From: Antedon mediterranea
Lineage: Eukaryota > Animalia > Echinodermata
Direction of reading: 5' to 3'
DNA: 64,000 nt
Assembly (NCBI RefSeq): GCF_964355755.1
Contig: NC_092670.1
Location: 13,254,795 to 13,318,794, forward strand
Each line of letters opens with the position of its first letter. Position 1 is the first letter of the stretch. Position numbers and translations under genes: made by a program. Below the pieces are notes generated by a model. That model had not been told where the DNA came from. It did no database searches and was given only the letters and a program-made list of their open reading frames with translations. Below, piece by piece: positions 1 through 14,000 of this stretch.

Positions 1-3000
1 TGAATTATGAATATGCATTAGTCATATCCACAAGGTGTGACGTAAGAATTGATCTAACTACAGTATAATAATAATTTTATTGAAACTACACCTAGGTGGC
101 ACCCGTTCATACACGGTGCGTTCTGTATACAGATACAGATTCAACAGACACAAATAAATAAAACGGATACAAAATAAAAACTAGTCAACCGGCGACTCGA
201 TCGCTGTCGTAGTCATACGTCACTTATGCAATACACAATGAATTAAAAAGAAAAGAAAGACAAACAATTTAAGTAGTACAGTAATAACTGAAAAATACTG
301 TACCAAAATTTAAAAATAGTAGTATTAAAAACTCAAAATAAAAAGATGTCAGTATAAAAAAATATAAAAATAATACAATTCACTAATGCAAAAACGCTTT
401 CTGTCGAGCCGTCTGTGTAGTAGAATGGATTAAACTATGGACTTTACATGTCGATGTATGTGGTTCGAACCCATGTACGAAAACAAAATCTCGGCCTGGC
501 CTTAGACCTTTCTTGACTTTCGAACTCGCTTTTTTCTTTTAAGTACTATTTTTCTATTTATTTAAGAACACGTAAATCAGAATATATTTTTATGAGCTTT
601 TTATAAAATAATTATATTGTTAATGGCAATAATATTTTGATTTTCCTCAAGCTTAACTTCAACATTTAGAATGATTCCTCAAATTTTACATTTGACAAAC
701 AAAATCTGTGATAATAACAATCCTTGATTGTTTTTTTAAATATTTTGTGTGTGTATCCTGAATATGAGACTATCACAGCACGGCAATGGATCGTTCTATT
801 GTTTTTCAGTTTGTAATACTTCAGCCTACATACTTTATTCAAGTGACACACTGTGTATTGTTACCCGTTAAAATACTTATTGTCCCAGCACACCCTTTTA
901 TATTCGTATTCTAAGGTCTTAGAATAAAATGTCATGCTTAGTTGGGTTTAAAATCCACTGTTCAGATCCCTTTTAGGACTTCGCCATTCGAAGCCTGAAT
1001 CATGATCTAATAGTCTACTAATAAGGAACAATAATTTAAATATATTGGTGGAAAATCATTAACTAGGCCTACATTATATTTGGAATCAAGGTGTTTGTAC
1101 CGGTAAGTAACGACAATACGTTCCCTTTTGGCACAACTTTTCTGCCACTTTGAAGCCTAGACCATGGTCAAGTAATTTACCAATCAAGGATCGGCAAGTA
1201 ATTTTCGGAAAAAATAGAATTAAATTACGACAGTCGTCCATAATCTTAATCAGGGAATGATTCCTCAGTCGAGGGATATTTTCTATACTTCTCGATACCA
1301 TTTTTGTTTGCTGTGGAATTCAACACCTGATAATTTACTTTTTCTATGCTAATCGATATCTTGCTGGGAAAACATTACTAGGCCCTAATATGTATGTAAT
1401 TACGCAACATGATAGTGCAATCTTCATCCGTAAACGGTAAAAGACGAATTGTAGACATACGTAAGTAGGAGCCTACTGTCATTAAATTAGGCCTCATTCA
1501 TTATATTATTAGTATAGTATAGTCATGGAGGTATAAAAATACCATATACTATAAATACAATATTCAAAGGTAAACTCAATATTACAGAATTTTCAATAAA
1601 TATGTCCTATATGTCCGGCCTAATTGTAAGTAAGCTTAGAGAGCGGTTTGGCGTAATTGTAAGGACTTTGATTAGCATACATGAGGGGTCCAATACGTGT
1701 CTGTGTTATATTGCTTGTTAGGCCTACTGTATCTTCATGATACTTTTCTTTATACTGTCTCAATACCGCGTCCATCAGATAGGACGCAAAGCTGTTGATC
1801 TGTGTGCCCTACATAAAATACACATGTAGACCTATACATTCCTCCAAACGGTTAAGAAAATGGACGAAATTATAATTACATTTAGGCCTAAAGTTGAGAT
1901 GTCAAGGTTCTGTCTGTCAGTCACTGTTTTTGCGAGAGGGTACTTGCTATTTTGTAACTATGCCTAATGATTATTTGAATGCAAGTCGGTACATAACAAT
2001 ATGTAGAATTAAGATTGTCATTAAACTAGTTTTGTCGTGTAGTAAACTAAAATGACAGAAAAACGATTTACTGGAGGCCATTAACATTTATTTAAACGTG
2101 TATGTAATTGTTACTTGTGTGTACTCTGTCAATATATGTGTCATAGGGTTGCACTGTGTATCATATGTGTCGTAGAACAATTGTTATGCTTCTTACAAAA
2201 GAACATTGGCACACTGGCAACAATACATTCCAGTGTGCCTTCGGCAAGATGTTCTTCTTGTTGAAGCTTAGTGGGTATAACATAGGCCTAATATGATGCA
2301 AGTAATTTTAATGTTTTTATATAGCGCATTCCACAAACAATGTCGTGGCAATGGGTTGTGGACTTAAATGTTACTAATGCTTCTGTCGGTGCAGTCACTA
2401 AGGGAATATTTCTGTCCACGACATATAGGCATAAATAAGTTGCTTGAATATATAATAATTATGCGCCAAAATGGTAAATCAATGTATATTTTAAAGTAAG
2501 TTCTTTTACAAATGCACTAGGCCTATAGAAACATGGAAGTATGCCTAATGTACATTTTTTGTTGTCATGTTATATTTTAAACCGTACTTTAAAAACTGAT
2601 TGTTAATGTTATTGAAATTTTGGAAAAATAAATTTGGCTGCCCCAATGAAAGAGAGGGAGAGAGAAATTGAATATAAAACAACAAAGGTGTTGATTAAAT
2701 TCACTTTTGCCAAGAATAAAATAAATTATTTCGCTTATAAAAAAGACACAAACACGAACAGTTAAACACTATTGATTTCTAGACTTCTTCTATGAATTCG
2801 TTTCATCATGTTTTTATATCCAATTTATTACTTATTACTGAAACTGAAACTTGCCAATTTGCAGGGTGGATAACACTAATGCACATTTTATGAAATAAAA
2901 ATAATCGTTTGGTTTGGAAGTAACGTTAAAAATATATTTGTGGAAATTTCCTATTTTTCTATTTTGCAGCAAAAGAATATAATAGAATCATATCATCGTG

Positions 3001-4992
3001 AAAATCTATTGCAAAATTCCATACGTATGTCAGGCTTTGAATACCAAACTACTATTGTTAAAACCACAACAATTGCTATATTATAGTTTATATGATGCAG
3101 TTAACGCCAAAACCACCATCGAACAATTATTAGCCTTGACTCTTTGAAAATTAAGTCGAAGTTGACACAATTTGCAATAAATGTGATGTATGGTATTTTT
3201 TGTATATTGTAGGCCTTTTAAGTACAAAAGTTATCATAAACATTAATATTGTACAAAATGATCTTCAGAGTGTTATACTGTATATTGATTATGTTATTTT
3301 ACCTTTTGAGGCAAGACATACTTATGTCCATGTACATAGTGGGTTCGTTTTTGATGACGTATTTATAGATAGGGCCTAACCAAAATATTACTAGGTCTAG
3401 TAATACATTGTATAGTCCACTACCATACTATCTATAACAAACGGAATTTTAATCATAGAAACGTAGGTCATAAAAAACTAATAATATTATAAGAATCGAC
3501 ATGCATAGATTACATATAGTGATTGATTGTTTTTATACTGTAACTGTTTGCCAAGGTAGATACATCGGATACCTGATTACCTGACTAACACACTAACTAA
3601 TGACTGGATAACTATTTCTCATTAACCGAAACACTAACGGATTGGTGACTAAATAACTAGCAGACTGGGTAACTCTGACCGAAAACCAGTAACATAATAT
3701 TAAACTAGCTGTCTGATCGGAATACTGACAAATGGTAGCCTACTGTGTGATTCAAACGTAGGCCTACATACAATTAAGTGTAAAAGTCAATAACCCACAC
3801 CTTTCGCTGTATAAAAACGTGACCGATCATAATAATATATTTAAAATGAGAATTATACATATTTATTTTTTTTCCTTTCTTTTCCATATCTTCAGGAGGG
3901 TACTTGAATGCTATCATTTTACGTTGACTTTTTGAATCGATGTTTACTCAATAAACACACAATTCTGATACCTTTATAATAGGCCACAACCAAATCTCTG
4001 TATTTATGTATTAACTCAAAGCAACTGAAGAGTTTAGTTACGCTACAGTAACTTTGTACATTGGAAGTCGCAACTCTATGTTTAAAAGTTGTATCACTTA
4101 TTGACGTACATTACGGGCTAATAACTTTGTACAATGTATCAAATAACGTTTTGGATATTATGTTAATGACAATATTAATGTTTATTGAAAGAAATTCTTT
4201 TCATCTAAATTATTAGTGCGAATGCACGGTAACCCGTGCCCACTGAACCAGGAGCAACCAGACAATTATTCTAACGCCTTCGCACAATAACTTTTATGAA
4301 AATGGTGAACGCAAAACAAATATCTGGGAGTGCCTTATGCGTGGAATAATAGTTGTAGAAGGACATATAATTGTTTGTGAAATATTTTAAGCGAGCTTAA
4401 TTGATAGTCGAATTCTGGGGTATCCGAGGGCTTTGACTTGTATTGTTATTAGTATTATGGTAAAGTCACACTAAAACGCTTGGTATTTGGTATCACATTT
4501 TCTTGTGTCTTCCTGATTTTAGCAAAACGAAATATCTTTCGCTTTTATATTTTAGATTATCAATGTTTTCAATCAAGCGAATTAAGAGAATTTTCAATAA
4601 AAGTAACTGTAGTTAGCTGGTCTAGATTTAATATTATTGTATTATTATTTACCTTGGGAATGGAAGTGTGGAGAGGGAAGTTTAAACATAAACTGTAGTA
4701 GGTCTAACTAGTTGATATTATACAACATTATCTTACATTTTTAAATGAAAGTGGAGGAGATGGGAGAGGTTTTGGCGAGGAAGAAAGTTATTTGTATAAA
4801 ATAACGTATTTTTTTTAAAAGGTGCATATGGTTGTTTATGTGGATTTTAACTCTTGTATTTTGTAACTTCAATCACATATATTTTTGAATTGAATTGTTT
4901 ATTATAAAGTTCGTATTTTTAATTTCATTAACAGCTATTGTATTTATTCATTTTGTTGAATCTATTATGTATTGACAATTTTCAGATCAGGT

Positions 4993-5074
4993 ATGGTGAG
5001 GTACCGAAGTGCACCGTGTGTGGCACTTGTAGGAATTATATGTGTCTGCTTACAATACTCTTCTGCTCAAAGCG
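4993..5074 (+). CDS. Signal-peptide exon (MVRYRSAPCVALVGIICVCLQYSSAQS)
   Basis: Acceptor ttcag at 4981-4985, ATG at 4993, hydrophobic core, phase-1 donor G|gtaagt at 5074 compatible with the next EGF exon. The acceptor implies an upstream non-coding exon that I could not place. Confidence 0.8.
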
Positions 5075-8000
5075 GTAAGTCACAGTGAGATTTTTGGAAG
5101 AAATTATTGAGAGAAATAAATATGCAGCAGCAAAAATGTAGGCTATGTAGTTTAGAATCACAGCACTCAGTAAGATTAGCATACACGTGATGTATGCCTA
5201 ATGTAATGATACCGCCAGCATTACAGAATATTCAAAATTAATATTAGGCCTAGACGTAACAAATAATCGGCATTATTTAGAAGCTATACATTTTTCAATC
5301 TTAAAATCAATAACTAATAAATCGAAGGGAAAAGAAAACAATAATATAAAACATTGTTTGTTGATGTTAAGCTCTGTTTACACTATCAAACCAGATTTTT
5401 TTTTAAAGTGTGATATGCCCAATTATGGTAGTGATATGCCCAAATATGGTAGTGATATAACATAATCATGTCCATATATGGGCACATCAATTTTTTATCC
5501 CATGAACATTGATAGTGTAGACACAGCTTTATACAGTTGTATTGATTGATTGATTGATTGTGCTTTGAAACAAAATCAATCAATAAGTGTAGGCCCAAAC
5601 CGTTGTTGTCTCAGCCTAAACAAACCATGGTAATTTGTATGATTTCTAAAACTAATTTTTTTTACTCAATTTACCTAATTACCCTTCACCATTTTATTAT
5701 TTTATTATCAGCTTGTGATTCTAGTCCGTGCCGAAATGGAGCAACTTGTGTGGATTCTGTCGTAGATCCCCTTGGGTACGTTTGTCTGTGTGCTTACGGA
5801 TTCAATGGTGCCCAATGTGAACAATCTACTTGTAAGTATTTTTTCACGTTAATAGATTTAAGACCTGTTTACACGAATATACGAAAATATATATAACGAT
5901 ATTATTACATTGAAATAAAGTTTTTGGTACATAGTACATTCTGTGAAAAGTTTCTTGACGTTTCTATCAATACACTTTGATCGTCCTTGTGAAAATGCAG
6001 AAATTTTACGAGAAACCAATGTTCATGAGAAACAATGCTCTTCTATCTAGTTTTTCAATCCCACTGTGTGAACCTTTATTATTGTTTTAGCATCAGTCCA
6101 GTTCAGTTCAGTTTTATTCGGTTCACTAAAAAATACAAAGAAAAAAAAAACAATATTAATAGAATAAACCGAGGAATAACCCAAGAAAGTTTAAAAGAAA
6201 ACTTATTTCCATTGAGGTCCTCAGACATAAAAATAACACAGTGATAATTGCACTTAAAGCGCCCTATGACTACTAAAAGGTTAAAAATCCACCCAATTTC
6301 ACTTATATTCCCATTTTCTCTCTTTTTAAAAATATGATTGGAATCTACATATGACATAATTTTGTTGAACTTTCAGCCAATGACTGTGGATATGACTCAT
6401 ATACGCCATCCGGAACAGTGGCGTCACCAAACTATCCCTCCAACTATACTGAACGACTATTCTGCTTCTACAACATTCGCGTCGCCAACGCGTCATCGTT
6501 GACGCTAACGTTCGGGCATCTGGAAATTGAGCTTGTCAAGGATTACGTGGAGATAGCCCCAGACCCGTTCTTTATTGACACCAGACAGCCAGATACAAAC
6601 GTACCCGCCAACCTTATATTCTCTGATTTTTATCAGCCACCTCCAGGACCTATTACGCTTGACACGAATCAATTAGTGGTATCGTTCACGTCAGATAAGA
6701 ATATAAACTTGTTGGGATGGACACTCTCATATGAATCAAGTAAGACTAACAATTACTCATACAGTATTGATAAATAGAAACTCATAAGATGAAATATTTC
6801 AATATTTAGGCATATCAACTATTATTTCTTTTTTTATCTTGGCTTTAAAACTTCCTCCTTTCTTTGTAAATAATTACCTTATGTTTGATATTGTCAAAAA
6901 ATATTGTCTGATATTAAGTTAAGATAATTTTTAATTTAATCCGATGTTTCATACATCCACATCTTCCTGGTTTCCTTATTGTTGTTATAGCCTAACACTG
7001 TTGTTACAACACCTTCATGTTGCTATAACACTGTACGCATGCCTGTCTTTTCATATTAAAGTAATATATCTATTCGTATGGTATCATAATAATAATAACA
7101 GGATTTTTATAGCGCACATACCACTCAAGAGTGCTCAAGGCGCATTCAAAAAAATTAAACAAATCATACAAATGCCCGACAAATAAAATGCAATTTCTTT
7201 GGAGGGTCCCCATCCGTTCTCGTTCTGTCGCGGTCCCGGACCCCTACCTAGGTGACCAAACAAAGGAACAGGATACACATTTGCCTTGCCACAGACGACC
7301 GGGTGCTCAGAGACCAAGACAGAGGCACCCCAAAGATAATGCTGGTCAGGAAAAAGTATACTATACAATTCTAGAACTTTAAGAAACCTCATGATTTCCA
7401 TATGCCTTAATGAATAAATGTGTTTTTAATAATTTTTAAAAAGTATCAACAGTTTTGCAAAATCTGATAGAGCTCGGTAGAGCATTCCATAGACCATCAT
7501 GGTGGAGTTAGTCTAGAATCTCTTATACGCCATACTGAAAGCAACGTTGTTTTACTATGATTCGGTCCTTTATTTTATAAATGACACCATATACCAAAGT
7601 TATTACTATTTTCTCATTTTTGACATAATTATTGTATCTATTCTAAGCTTTGTCTCCATGTGCTACAAACCCATGTGAGAATGGTGGATCATGCCAACAT
7701 CTACCAACGAACAACTATGACTGTACTTGTACCAGTGAATGGCAGGGTATAAATTGTTCAACACGTGAGTATTGCTACTTAAGATTATAATATTATGAGA
7801 CCATTGGTGAGGGTGGGTATAGCCCCGAATGGCACTATAACATCAGTAGATGGATCATTTGAACAAAAGTAGTTTGGTTCGTCAAGTATGTGAATTCCAC
7901 AAGACTGTAATTGATACGTGCTTAAAAAATATGGAATTGATGGAATTAATTAACTAATTTACTTTGACTTTATAGTAAATAAAGTAACCATTTATGATTT

Positions 8001-11000
8001 GTCTTTGTGCTGTCAATCAATTATATTTAATAGGCCGTTATCTGTGTCATATGAACGAGTTCCATTTTATTTTCAGCTGTTGATCCGTGTCTGCCAAATC
8101 CTTGTTTAAATGGAGCCTGTCAAATGCAATCACTGACGGAGTATTTTTGCTTGTGTGATGATGGATGGACCGGAGACCTGTGTGACATGGGTAAGTTTTC
8201 TTTTTCGCTAACATGATGACGAGTGTATACAGTACGTGGAAAGCAATTGGAAATAGTAGTATTTGTTTTAAAGATACCTCTTTTGCCCTCATTCACGCAT
8301 TTGTAATATACATTGGCACAAGTTTATCGCTATTAACCTATCTTTTATTTCCATAATATCAGGTAGGGTGATTATCACAGATACAGATCTAACAATAATC
8401 AGCGGAGACCCTGTTAGAGAAGGAACATCTCAACCATCGTTTACAGTCAACATTAACCTCACACCAGCTTCATCATCTTTCCAGTTTACTGGCACCAATC
8501 TCTGGTCGTTTGATTTCTACTATAGTAATCTCAATGATGGCAATGGCAACGTCATCGGGTCTGGTTCAAGTATACTGACCTCTTTACAGGCTAACACTGC
8601 TTGGCAACCTCCAAACATAGCTAGATTTACCAATGTTGCAGTAACGACAACTATTGGCGTTACTTCATGCTCGGAGTATAGATACTTGTGTGTGATAGTG
8701 CGCAGAGGAGCGGAGTCTTCTGTGGATTATGAACTGGTTGGTTCTCCAGATGGATCTGCACTTTGGCACTGCGCAGCAGTTAATTGCAGAGGTACAATAT
8801 ACCACATTACCTTATTACTGTTATAGAAACTGAGACCAGTTAATGTTCAAAGAGTCTTCCCGTGAACTGTACTTCATGTTTGCTTATTCAGAGCCAAGCA
8901 GCTTTCTTTCTGTATTGAAACAGAATGTAATGTTGAATAACTTTGACATTTATTTATTATTGTCTATTATATAGGTGTTGAAATATCAGGACTTCGCCTG
9001 AGCCTTTTGACGTCTGCACTTCGAGAAGGAGTATCATCTCAACCTCTTCAGTTCAATCTAGAACTGGAGTCAGTTGCAGAAGCAGGTAGTGTCAGTGGAA
9101 CCGATCTCTGGAGATTTACCATGTTTGCAAGTGCATCTTCTAATGGGTTGGGTGACCGTGTATCAAGTACAACAGCTACTCAAACCCCAGAACACAGGAA
9201 CACACCAGTAAACGCTGGAATACTTGCCGTCTTTAACAACTTACAAGGAACGTTTAACCTCAACCAGATTATCTGTCCTCAGGTTCCATACTTCTGTGTT
9301 GAAGTTGAGAAAGGGAATTCTGCAATACCAGACTTCACTTTTACTGGTGTTCCTGATGAATCGATACTGACAACTTGTGTTCCTGTTCCGTGTATAGGTA
9401 GGAATGAATGGAAGAACTCTTTTTGCTTTATGTGATGTTTTCGGAGACACTACTCACATTTTGCTGTCTGTTAACATTTGTACCTGAAGTTTGTGTTTAC
9501 AATATTGTTAAAGCCATAAGAAAATACAAGAACAATTAATTTTATTTTCAGAAATGTAACACAGTAACCACTCGCGAAATAACCACCTATATTTTTGGTT
9601 TGAAAAAACTCATGCAGATACATTAATACTGTTTATAATCTATTTTTTTATTAAGGTGTTCAAATTACTAATACATTCTTCACCATCGATACTGGTTCAG
9701 TGTTTATTGAAAGAAGCTTAAGCCATTCCGTTGACTTCTCGAGCTTTTTTACAACAAGAGTGTCTGGTGGAAGCGTCAGTGGAATCAGGTTGTGGCAGGT
9801 GATGTCATTTGCAAGTTCCTTTTCCGATGGCAGTGGTAATCGCTACAGTTGGTCCACTTTACCGCTAACACTCCAGCAGTCCAGCGTTGGCAACATTGCT
9901 GGTTCTTCTTCATCTCTTCAGGGGCTAATGACATCTTTTAATTTGAATGGTACAAAGTGTGACCAGATAAATTACATGTGTGTGAGCGTTGATAAAGGAC
10001 CTGATGCTTCTCCAGACTTTACACTTGAACCACTTCCAGGCAATGATGTGTTGACGAGTTGTACTGCTGTGCAGTGCAATGGTAGGTCTATATATTGTAT
10101 CCCGTTTCATTTTTCATTCCAGTTGCCATCATTTTTCATGGCTTTATTCCAATGATTCGTTCCTTTATTATCTATTGCTTCTAAATATTTCAGAAATTCA
10201 ATATACTATAGTTCTTAAACCCGTGCTTCTCACATGCTAATCAGATATTTCTTACCATTACGCCATACTGCTCTCGTGATAGCGCTCTGCTATAGTTGAA
10301 TAAAAACATGGTTTGTACATTATTCTAGGTGTCATTGTAACCACGTTGATTCCAAGAATTGTTAGTGGACTTCCTGTTCAATATGGATACAGCTCTAACA
10401 ATTTCCTCTGTGAGTTGACTATCAACGCTAGAAGTGATGGTGCAAGTATTGCAGGCTCAGGACTCTGGAACATCACTGCATATGTTAACAACCAAGAGGA
10501 CGGACGTGGTGTACGTGCTGCTCAACAACAGGTATCACTGTCGGCGGCACAAGGAGCCATCTCACTAGCAGCTGGTGGACAGGCATTCTTTGACCAACTG
10601 CAATTCAACTTTGATCTGTCTGGGGTAAACAGTTGCGATGAAGTAATGTTTCTGTGTTTTGAGTTGCAAAAGGCTGATGCATCTGTACCTGATTTCACCC
10701 TAGAGGGAAGTACTACATCGTGTGTCAGCATCACATGCCAACGTAAGAAAATATTATATTATTAAAATAATATAAATTTTAATTTTAATAATATAAATCA
10801 CTAAACATGAAATTGTAGGTTTTTTAAGGAATAAAGAAATTCAAAATTAAAAAAATAATAATTTGAATAAGTTTATTTTATGTAAATTGCAAGCATTGAG
10901 GGTGGAATCTTTACCCAGAAATCACTTTAACAATTTTCAAATATTATTGGGATATGACACATGGCACCTTGTCTCTCTTTGACGATTAGCAGTAAAAATA

Positions 11001-14000
11001 TCATTTATAAACTGATTTGTTCCTTTATTTCTTTGTTTTAATGAAAAATGTTTTCTTGATTTGTAGAATTTAATGCGTGTGATGCTATTCCGTGTCAAAA
11101 TGAAGGAGTATGCTCGAAAATTGGTGAATCCTTCTTGTGCACCTGCGCCCCCGGCTGGACTGGAGGAACCTGTACACAAAGTAATATGTTAATTAAATTA
11201 TATATTTGATGTGTTCTTGTTCTTTCTCAACTAAACTGTATTTTGTTCACTTAATTGAATTCTGTTATCTCATTCACAAAATAAATTTTATCATAGACCT
11301 TAATAAGCTACGTTTTAAACATCTGTGATAGATTTAAGTGACAGTTATACATGACGTGTTATGCAAGCTGATTGGCGATGCGTATTTGTATATGCAATCA
11401 GATGGAGCGCAACTGGCATATCAACATACCTCGCTCCTCCACCAGACAATACCGTGACCGTTGTTATCGTTGTAGTTACAGTTTATAGATATTATTTAAA
11501 ATAAAATACATTTTTCAAATTTATTTTTAGTTGTTGACAATTGTAATCCAAACCCATGTGCTAATGGCGGACAATGTGTGAATGAGTTAGATAGGTTTAC
11601 TTGCATTTGCACCTTCGGCTTTACTGGTGCTACTTGTAGTCAGGTTGATACTGGTAAGTATATTGTAAATTTTAGTTTGATGCAAACAGAACGTTTAAAA
11701 CCAGCGCATGTGCACTAATCAATCATATTGAACAGCGTTTTGACCACCAGTAAACTTCGAGCGCTAAATGTATTTTTTGGTGATTTGATTTTAGGAGTTG
11801 AAATATCGGCTACAAATCTAATCCTGAGGTCAGGAGCATTGCGACAAAGTACCAGTGTCAACCCATTCCTATTGGACATATCCCTGACCTCTACAGCCAC
11901 GAGTGCCTCGGCTAGTGGATCTGGTCTCTGGCAGGGAAGAGTCTTTTCAAGTAGTAGTTCTTCTGGTGGTGACCGTTATGCCGAACAAGACATCACATTT
12001 ACCAGTGGACAAGCATCAACTGGTATCGCGGCGAATTCAATGGCAACGTTTAGTAGTGTTGGCTTTGATTTTAACTTCAGTAATAGAGTTTGTTCAGATG
12101 GCCAGTATTTGTGTGTGGAGATTCAGAAAGGAGATAACCCGGTACCAGATTTCATCTTAACAGGGGTTCCTTCAGACAGCTCTTTGATTGGTTGTGTTGC
12201 CGTCAATTGTATTGGTAGGTTTGAATAGTGTTAATTTTATCAAATGATTTGTTTCTAATTTTCTAATGCACACATCATCTTTTTTAACACTCCCAGAATG
12301 TATTTTTATTTGAAAATCTCCTAGTTAATTATACATGTTTAGTATAAGCAGATTTTAGTTTTAAACAAATGTTTTTTTTTATGTGATGGATTAATCTTTG
12401 TAAATACATTGTTCAAACCCTAATTATAAACGTTACGAACTTCAATTATGATATTATTGTCTTTAGGTGTTCAAATTACAAGCATTAGCAGCAGTCTGCC
12501 TTCAGGATTCCCAGTAATTGAGCGTACCTCATCTCAAGGCATCAACTTTGATTTAGACATTGCTAGCAGTGGAAGTGCCGGCAGTGCTGCAGGATCTGGT
12601 CTCTGGCAACTTACAGCTTATTTTGCAAGCAGCAATGACGGTTCTGGGACATCACAAGCTCGTCAGAGCATCCAGCTAAATGCAACCCAAGCTGCCACAG
12701 GTATCAATGCTGGAGATCTTGCAATTATGCAGAACATCGCAGCATCTATGAGCCTCGATGGTGTTCTGTGTACCAATGTCTCTTATATGTGTATTGAACT
12801 TGGAAGAGGAGATGCACCTTCTGTTAATTATAGGCTTGAAGAATCAAGTGACCTTGAAACATGCATAGAAGTCACATGCAGAGGTACGATATACATGTCT
12901 CAAATGTCAAATTCTTAGTGGTAATAATTAGTGATCCCAGGGTAGGGAAAATCTACCGGAAATTAAAACATTTGGAATATAGCTTTGAGAAAGTTGACTG
13001 TAGTTTTATATTTTATACTGTATTATATTATAATATTTTATTATTTATTTAAAATTATCATTCTTGACCATTCTTTGTTGTTTTAACAGGTGTTGCTGTT
13101 ACTAGTACATCTTATGCAGCTACATCTGGAATACTTCAGGAAGGATCAGCTAACAGCCCATTTACTTTTGACCTTGTTGTTGATTCTTACCCTCAAGGTG
13201 CAAGTATTGAGGGTACAAACCTCTGGAGTGTAGAATTATTCTCAAGTTCTGATCAAAGTGGTATTAAAAATAATGCAATTGACCAAGTCGTACAACTTAC
13301 TAGTGGACAGAGTGGTACAAGTCTATTGGCAGGCTCATCTGTTTTGCTGCAGAATGTGATGACATCGCTTGACCTTTCAACTTTGACCTGTGCAGACATT
13401 CCATACTTATGTACACGTTTGTCAAGGAGTGATTCAGCAAATCCAGACTTCACTCTTGAAGGCTTTCCTGGTGATGAAACTTTAACTAGCTGTAGACCTG
13501 TCAGCTGCGAAGGTATTATTTAATGATGTAATAATAAATAATAATTTATTAGGAAATGACACCTTTGCATCGGTGGCACACACAGAAGTGGTGCATCCAA
13601 TTTAACATAATACATCAAAACAATACATTATATGACGGATACAGGTTTTTAAACTGTTTGCAAAAATATAAAAGAAAAATCATTACCAACATGGTAATAT
13701 AGGTACTGTATTAAATTGTCCTACAGTATCATAGGTTTGAGTTGATAAAGAGGTATATAAAAATAAACATAAAATATAGTAAAGAGTTTACATTACAAAC
13801 CATTGTGTTTCAACATCAGGTACTGAAGACCTATAGTTGTTATCACAGGTGTAGGCCTATACTATTTACAAATCTAAATACAAATATATAAAAGCAACAA
13901 TACAAAAGAAAAACAATCTATATATTGGGAGATTTAAGTTCTGACCGTTTCTCCCATGTAGAGTAGAGTGATAGAGTGATTGAAATATTAATCAATTACG

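Noticed and set aside
3570-3740. ACTA/ACTG-rich periodic tract
   Set aside because: Looks like a decayed simple repeat with no further structure.
666-4698. Short ORFs upstream of the cadherin gene, and antisense ORFs overlapping exons elsewhere
   Set aside because: No recognisable motifs; explained by AT-rich chance ORFs or shadows of real exons.
13513-13545. Secreted isoform ending at the in-frame stop at 13521 with a nearby AATAAA
   Set aside because: Stops and AATAAA occur by chance in these AT-rich introns; not supportable without transcripts.
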